Part shown: positions 56,146 to 64,000 of the stretch, piece after piece
How the letters are laid out: each line of letters starts with the position of its first letter
How positions within the stretch are numbered: position 1 is the stretch's first letter
From: Eledone cirrhosa
Taxonomy: Eukaryota
Direction: 5' to 3'
Assembly (NCBI GenBank): GCA_964016885.1
Contig: OZ024745.1
Coordinates: 18,166,001 to 18,230,000 of the forward strand
DNA length: 64,000 nucleotides
The notes under the pieces: generated by a model
Told to the model about the DNA's origin: nothing
Databases searched by the model: none
What the model saw: only the letters and a program-made list of their open reading frames with translations
Program-made: the position numbers and the translations under genes

Positions 56146-57029
56146 GTTAAGAGAGTTGTGTGTATGTATATGTATTTTTGAATATATCAGTGTGAGTTTG
56201 TGTGCGTATGTGTATTTGAATATGTATTAATGTTAATGTTTTATGTATATTCAATTATGTCAGTCCATCCTCAGAAAATCAACACAATGCGAACATTCGG
56301 GCTAGATACCGCTTCTTGCCCTCTGATCTTTAGATAAAGAATTGACAGAAGTTTTGACTTTGAAAAATGATTCTCCCGTTTCTTGTTTGAAAGAACATTC
56401 ATGTACTTATCAATCTTTCTCTTACCCAGCCTACCTATCTACTTGCCTGTCTCTCTGTCTGGCACGCCGTCTGTTTTGCGTGCGATAGACTGACAGCCAG
56501 GCTGATACACACACACACACACGCACACACACACTCTCTCTCATACACACACACACTTGTATATATATATATATACATACACCTGTATATTAATATTGTT
56601 AATACGATGCATTGTGAGATATGTAGTAAAAGACCGATATTTCTTTTTAAAGCCGGTTCAATGCGGTAGGAAAATACGAAGGGCAAATGAAACCTAACAA
56701 AGTTGTCCAAAACAAAGCAAACGAACGAACACGATTTTCAGGGATAGGGAAGACAATTCTGAAAGCTCTTTTCGCTTGTTTGTTTTGTCTTGGACTGTTT
56801 CAGCTTCAGATCTAAAAATAAGCTAGTAGCCCTGAAATATTATGCTAAAATAAACTGGATAACATATTACTTTGTTTTGTTTTATTTGTCATTGACTGCG
56901 CTAGGTATTTTTCTACCGCATTGTTTCTTTAAAACAAATTATTGGCCTGTTCTATCGAGAGGGAGAAAGAGAGAGCGAGAGGGAGAGAGAGAGAAAGAGA
57001 TAATAAAAGACCGATAGTATAGATATATA

Positions 57030-57233
57030 TAACGAAGGAAGTGTGGTAAGGAACCAGGTGGACCATAACGCACCAGAGTACTCGATACTTTGGATAGTGG
57101 AGTGGGTAATAGGAACAATGTCAGAACCCCAACGGCCGAGCACATGCCGTGTCGACAGCTATTTCTGGACGAGTCCAGAAATAGCTGTCGAAACGGCTTG
57201 AGCTCTGCCGTCGGGGTTCTGACTCTTTTCCTA
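57030..57233 (-). mobile_element. Palindromic element family D
   Basis: Tail plus arms as at 49663; short arm ends TTTTCCTAT. Confidence 0.75.
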
Positions 57234-57249
57234 TATTTATGTGTTAAAC

Positions 57250-57470
57250 CACTGGGAGTGAAGGACCCCTAGCCTTTGTCAGAGCATTCTTCTAGGAGAA
57301 GGCAACTCAGGAAACTGGGATAACTCCGATATAAAACCTGCGGCTCAGTAGTTACCGATGATTTTGATGTTTTCTTCTTATCGGGTTATAGCTACTGTCG
57401 CTCAGAGAGTGGGATTGGCTCAGTGCACAGTCTTTCTCCACTTTAAAAAATATCTTCACGCACAGGCATT
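57250..57470 (+). mobile_element. Possible RTE 5'-end-derived short element
   Basis: TCTAGGAGAAGGCAACTC...TAAAACCT resembles RTE 5' UTR motifs recalled from memory; no ORF. Confidence 0.35.
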
Positions 57471-57543
57471 GCACGATAAAATTAATTAATAATTATTAAT
57501 AATTGTATATTGTGCAATGGCCATACTCGATAACGAGGGGGCA

Positions 57544-57574
<31 letters not shown>

Positions 57575-58611
57575 ACGAATGGTGTGTTCAGGGCGGAGAT
57601 GCTATAAAATAACATATAAAGTATGTTGAAGACGCATGAAGGCACCCTGCAGGAGCAAAGCCATTGGGTATGAGAACACAATGTCCTGGGGTGAGGATAT
57701 CTGATGAAACAGGCAGCTTCGCGATGTTCGAAGCTGCTAACCAGAAATCTGTACACACATGACTTGAGTGTGATAGCCGTGCATAATGCTACCCAGGTTA
57801 ATCCCCAAGTGAGCGAGCAGCCCTATATAACGATTGTGATGCTTGGCTCAAATAGGGGAGGTACCGATAAAATATGGTATAAAAACAACCCATTCATCTA
57901 CATTTAACTCTATTGGGCTACCATTTAACTCTATTGGTTTTCCATTACAGTGGTCGGAAACTAAAAGAAAAAAATCGCAATACAGACATTAGTTTAATCA
58001 TTGGATGCTGAAATATTTCTAAATGTAGCTAATAATCTGAAAGGAACTAACTATCATAACAATTTAGAACAATTACAATAGGTTTCTTCACTCGAAGAAA
58101 TGAGGAACTCTGCATAAACGTTTGATATGTGAAGTTATCTTTAATCCAAGACCATTCTTTCAAACAAACTCGACCGTCAGACCTGAGAAATTACCTTCGT
58201 CTTTAGGCTTAGCCCAATGGACGGATTAATTTCTTTTTCTCCAGATGAATATATGATGATCTCTGAAAACATGATGTACTGTGCTCCTTTGACTCTGACA
58301 ACTATTGTATAGTTGCACTAACTTCCAATATCTTAAGGATTATATTCATAAACAACCCATTCTGACACCTGAAATATCTATCTGATAATTATTACCAATG
58401 CGGTCTTCCATAAAATCAGACTTACTTAAAACCTGCTCTTCCATATCATTTTCCATTGGAACCTCGCCCCCGAGAGATTTGGTGTAAGCAGAGTTTTTCT
58501 CGATACCAGCAAAGATACGCTCTATGTCAGGCATGCTTATCATTTTATAACAAATGTGCTCGATTATATTTTCTAGCTCTCCTATTTCTTGGATCATTGG
58601 CTTCCAAGCAG

Positions 58612-61600
58612 ATAACACAACCTTCCCTTAACACGAGCGTAGAGTCTGTTGGCACACTGCTAGTTCGTCTAAGAGTGCAATAACCTTCCCTTAACACGAT
58701 CGTGGCGTGTGTTGGCACACTGCTAGTTCGTCTAAGAGTGGAATAACTTTCCCTTAACACGGTCGTAGCGTGTGTTGGCACTCTGCTAGTTCGTCTAAGA
58801 GTGCAATAACCTTCCCTTAACACGATCGTAGCGTGTGTTGGCACACTGCTAGTTCGTCTAAGAGTGGAATAACTTTCCCTTAACACGGTCGTAGCGTGTG
58901 TTGGCACACTGCTAGTTCGTCTAAGAGTGCAATAACCTTCCCTTAACACGATCGTAGCGTGTGTTGGCACACTGCTAGTTCGTCTAAGTGCAATAACCTT
59001 CCCCTAACACCATGGTGGTGTGTGTTGGCACACGGCGAGTTGGTCTAAGTACAATAACCATCCCCTAACACCATGGTGGCGTGTGTTGGCACACGGCTAG
59101 TTCGTCTGAGTGCAATAACTTTCCCCTAGTACCATGGTGGCGTGTGTTGGCACACGGCTAGTTCGTCTGAGTGCAATAACTTTTCCCTAGTCCCATGGTG
59201 GCGGGTGTTGGCACACTGCTAGTTCATCTAAGTGCAATAACCTTCGCCTAGCACCATGGTGGTGTGTGTTGGCACACTGCTAGTTCGTCTAAGTGCAATA
59301 ACCTTCGCCTAGTACCATGGTGGTGTGTGTTGGCACACTGCTAGTTCGTCTAAGTGCAATAACATTCCCCTAGTACCATGGTGGTGTGTGTTGGCACACG
59401 GCTAGTTCGTCTGAGCGCAATAACTTTCCCCTAGTACCATGGTGGTGTGTGTTGGCACACGGCTAGTTCGTCTGAGTGCAATAACCTTCCCCTAGTACCA
59501 TGGTGGTGTGTGTTGGCACACGGCTAGTTCGTCTGAGCGCAATAAATTTCCCCTAGTACCATGGTGGTGTGTGTTGGCACACGGCTAGTTCGTCTGAGCG
59601 CAGTAACTTTCCCCTAGTACCATGGTGGTGTGTTGGCACACGGCTACTTCGTCTGAGCGCAATAACTTTCCCCTAGCACCATGGTGGTGTGTGTTGGCAC
59701 ACGGCTAGTTCGTCTGAGCGCAATAACTTTCCCCTAGTACCATGGTGGTGTGTGCTGGCACACTGCTAGTTCGTCTAAGTGCAATAACCTTCCCCTAACA
59801 CCATGGTGGTGTGTGTTGGCACACTGCTAGTTCGTCTAAGTGCAATAACCTTCCCCTAGTCCCATGGTGGCGTGTGTTGGCACACTGCTAGTTCGTCTAA
59901 GTGCAATAACTTCCCCTAACACCATGGTGGTGTGTGTGGGCACACGGCTAGTTCGTCTAAGTGCAATAACCTTCCCCTAGTACCATGGTGGTGTGTGTTG
60001 GCACACGGCTAGTTCGTCTGAGTACAATAACCTTCCCCTAACACCATGGTGGTGTGTGTTGGCACACTGCTACTTCGTCTAAGTGCAATAACCTTCCCCT
60101 AGTAACATGGTGGTGTGTGTTGGCACACGGCTAGTTCGTCTCAGTGCAATAACCTTCCCCTAATACCATGGTGGTGTGTGTTGGCACACTGCTACTTCGT
60201 CTAAGTGCAATAACCTTCCCCTAACACCATGGTGGTGTGTGTTGGCACACTGCTAGTTCGGCTAAGTGCAATAACCTTCCCCTAACACCATGGTGGTGTG
60301 TGTCGGCACACTGCTAGTTCGGCTAAGTGCAATAACTTCCCCTAACACCATGGTGGTGTGTGTTGGCACACTGCTAGTTCGTCTGAGTGCAATAACCTTC
60401 CCCTAACACCATGGTGGTGTGTGTTGGCACACGGCTAGTTCGGCTAAGTGCAATAACTTTCCCCTAGTACCATGGTGGTGTGTGTTGGCACACTGCTAGT
60501 TCGTCTAAGTGCAATAACCTTCCCCTAACACCATGGTGGTGTGTGTTGGCACACTGCTAGTTCGGCTAAGTGCAATAACCTTCCCCTAACACCATGGTGG
60601 TGTGTGTTGGCACACTGCTAGTTCGTCTAAGTGCAATAACCTTCCCCTAACACCATGGTGGTGTGTGTTGGCACACTGCTAGTTCGTCTAAGTGCAATAA
60701 CCTTCCCCTAGTACCATGGTGGTGTGTGTTGGCACACTGCTAGTTCGTCTGAGTGCAATAACCTTCCCCTAACACCATGGTGGTGTGTGTTGGCACACTG
60801 CTAGTTCGTCTGAGTGCAATAACATTCCCCTAGTACCATGTTGTTGTGTGTTGGCACACTGCTAGTTCGTCTGAGTACAATAACTTTTCCCTAGTTCCAT
60901 GGTGGCGTGTGTTGGCACACTGCTAGTTCGTCTGAGTGCAATAACCTTCGCCTAGCACCATGGTGGTGTGTGTTGGCACACTGCTAGTTCGTCTAAGTGC
61001 AATAACTTCCCCTAACACCATGGTGGTGTGTGTTGGCACACTGCTAGTTCGGCTAAGTGCAATAACCTTCCCCTAACACCATGGTGGTGTGTGTTGGCAC
61101 ACTGCTAGTTCGTCTAAGTGCAATAACCTTCCCCTAACACCATGGTGGTGTGTGTTGGCACACTGCTAGTTCGTCTAAGTGCAATAACCTTCCCCTAGTA
61201 CCATGGTGGTGTGTGTTGGCACACTGCTAGTTCGTCTAAGTGCAATAACCTTCCCCTAGAACCATGGTGGTGTGTGTTGGCACACTGCTAGTTCGTCTAA
61301 GTGCAATAACCTTCCCCTAGCACCATGGTGGTGTGTGTTGGCACACTGCTACTTCGTCTGAGTACAATAACTTTTCCATAGTCCCATGGTGGCGTGTGTT
61401 GGCACACTGCTAGTTCATCTAAGTGCAATAACCTTCGCCTAGCACCATGGTGGTGTGTGTTGGCACACTGCTAGTTCGTCTAAGTGCAATAACTTCCCCT
61501 AACACCATGGTGGTGTGTGTGGGCACACTTCTAGTTCGTCTAAGTGCAATAACTTCCCCTAATACCATGGTGGTGTATGTTGGCACACTGCTAGTTCGTC

Positions 61601-64000
61601 TAAGTGCAATAACTTCCCCTAACACCATGGTGGTGTGTGTGGGCACACTTCTAGTTCGTCTAAGTGCAATAACTTCCCCTAATACCATGGTGGTGTGTGT
61701 TGGCACACTGCTAGTTCGTCAAAGTGCAATAACCTTCCCCTAACACCATGGTGGTGTGTGTTGGCACACTGCTAGTTCGTCTAAGTGCAATAACCTTCCC
61801 CTAACACCATGGTGGTGTGTGTGGGCACACTTCTAGTTCGTCTAAGTGCAATAACTTCCCCTAATACCATGGTGGTGTATGTTGGCACACGGCTAGTTCG
61901 TCTGAGTGCAATAACCTTCGCCTAGCACCATGGTGGTGTGTGTTGGCACACTGCTAGTTCGTCTGAGTGCAATAACCTTCCCCTAACACCATGGTGGTGT
62001 GTGTTGGCACAGGGCTAGTTCGTCTGAGTGCAATAACCTTCCCCTAACACCATGTTGGTGTGTGTTGGCACACTGCTAGTTCGTCTGAGTGCAATAACCT
62101 ACCCCTAGTACCATGGTGGTGTGTGTGGGCACACTTCTAGTTCGTCTAAGTGCAATAACTTCCCCTAACACCATGGTGGTGTGTGTTGGCACACTGCTAG
62201 TTCGTCTAAGTGCAATAACCTTCCCCTAGTGCCATGGTGGTGTGTGTTGGCACACTGCTAGTTCGTCTAAGTGCAATAACCTTCGCCTAGCACCATGGTG
62301 GTGTGTGTTGGCACACTGCTAGTTCATCTAAGTGCAATAACCTTCCCCTAGTACCATGGTGGTGTGTGTTGGCACACGGCTAGTTCGTCTGAGTGCAATA
62401 ACCTTCCCCTAGAACCATGGTGGTGTGTGTGGGCACACTGCTAGTTCGTCTAAGTGCAATAACCTTCGCCTAACACCATGGTGGTGTGTGTTGGCACACT
62501 GCTAGTTCGTCTAAGTGCAATAACCTTCCCCTAGTACCATGGTGGTGTGTGTTGTCACACGGCTAGTTCGTCTAAGTGCAATAACCTTCCCCTAATACCA
62601 TGGTGGTGTGTGTTGGCACACGGCTAGTTCGTCTGATCGCAATAACTTTCTCCTAGTACCATGGTGGTGTGTGTTGGCACACTGCTAGTTCGTCTAAGTG
62701 CAATAACCTTCCCCTAACATCATGGTGGTGTGTGTGGGCACACTGCTAGTTCGGCTAAGTTCAATAACCTTCCCCTAACACCATGGTGGCGTGTGTTGGC
62801 ACACTGCTAGTTCGGCTAAGTGCAATAACCTTCCCCTAACACCATGGTGGTGTGTGTTGGCACACTGCTAGTTCGTCTAAGTGCAATAACCTTCCCCTAA
62901 CACCATGGTGGCGTGTGTTGGCACACTGCTAGTTCGTCTAAGTGGAATAACCTTCCCCTAGTCCCATGGTGGCGTGTGTTGGCACACTGCTAGTTCGTCT
63001 AAGTGCAATAACTTCCCCTAACACCATGGTGGTGTGTGTTGGCACACGGCTAGTTCGTCTAAGTGCAATAACCTTCCCCTAGTACCATGGTGGTGTGTGT
63101 TGGCACACGGCTAGTTCGTCTGAGTGCAATAACCTTCCCCTAGTACCATGGTGGTGTGTGTTGGCACACAGCTAGTTCGTCTGAGTGCAATAACCTTCCC
63201 CTAATACCATGGTGGTGTGTGTTGGCACACTGCTACTTCGTCTAAGTGCAATAACCTTCCCCTAACACCATGGTGGTGTGTGTTGGCACACTGCTAGTTC
63301 GGCTAAGTGCAATAACCTTCCCCTAACACCATGGTGGTGTGTGTTGGCACACTGCTAGTTCGTCTGAGTGCAATAACCTTCCCCTAACACCATGGTGGTG
63401 TGTGTTGGCACAGGGCTAGTTCGTCTGAGTGCAATAACCTTCCCCTAACACCATGTTGGTGTGTGTTGGCACACTGCTAGTTCGTCTGAGTGCAATAACC
63501 TTCCCCTAGTACCATGGTGGTGTGTGTTGGCACACTGCTAGTTCGTCTGAGTGCAATAACCTTCCCCTAGAACCATGGTGGTGTGTGTGGGCACACTTCT
63601 AGTTCGTCTAAGTGCAATAACTTCCCCTAACACCATGGTGGTGTGTGTTGGCACACTGCTAGTTCGGCTAAGTGCAATAACCTTCCCCTAGTGCCATGGT
63701 GGTGTGTGTTGGCACACTGCTAGTTCGTCTAAGTGCAATAACCTTCGCCTAGCACCATGGTGGTGTGTGTTGGCACACTGCTAGTTCATCTAAGTGCAAT
63801 AACCTTCCCCTAGTACCATGGTGGTGTGTGTTGGCACACGGCTAGTTCGTCTGAGTGCAATAACCTTCCCCTAGAAACATGGTGGTGTGTGTGGGCACAC
63901 TTCTAGCTCGTCTAAGTGCAATAACTTCCCCTAATACCATGGTGGTGTGTGTTGGCACACGGCTTGTTCGTCTGAGCGCAATAACTTTCCCCTAGCACCA
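58612..64000. repeat. Tandem satellite, 61-bp unit (60-63 bp), roughly 88 copies, continues past the window end
   Basis: Consensus GTGCAATAACCTTCCCCTAACACCATGGTGGTGTGTGTTGGCACACTGCTAGTTCGTCTAA. Confidence 0.97.

Noticed and set aside
58346-58618. Host exon (MutS-like MPDIER)
   Set aside because: Only a short resemblance, with no supporting exons or other motifs; surrounding frames contain stops.
59400-59750. Hammerhead-encoding satellite (minus strand CAGACGA..CTAG..CTAG..GGAAAG)
   Set aside because: Core matches only in minority variants, most units have TAGACGA and GAAG, and stems I and III do not form convincingly.
58612-64000. CRISPR-like array
   Set aside because: Units are contiguous near-identical repeats without unique spacers; eukaryotic context and no cas genes.

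Overview
AT-rich eukaryotic non-coding DNA packed with (TA)n/(CA)n/(GA)n microsatellites. The SINE families and composition look like an octopus or other coleoid cephalopod (inference). No host protein-coding gene is recognisable, and almost all ORF-track entries are microsatellite or antisense artefacts. Recognisable content: a decayed CRE-clade non-LTR retrotransposon (PHD-RT-RLE); a Penelope-like element (PLE; RT + GIY-YIG) with an inverted pseudo-LTR, plus a solo pLTR; RTE and CR1 LINE 3' fragments; an internally deleted mariner; non-autonomous Helitrons; MITEs; tRNA-derived SINEs; and a 61-bp satellite filling the last 5.4 kb. The main hidden layer is RNA structure. At least ten unrelated short elements inserted in (TA)n tracts, many of them asymmetric palindromes, carry hammerhead ribozyme (HHR) cores, including U3-A8, U4A and long-stem-II variants. 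One family (4 copies) has a hammerhead whose three core strands are in a non-circularly permuted order, with compensatory changes between copies. A SINE fragment just upstream of the CRE element shows a strand-specific A-to-G cluster suggestive of a retroposed ADAR-hyperedited RNA. All structures were read by eye and none was computationally folded or searched.
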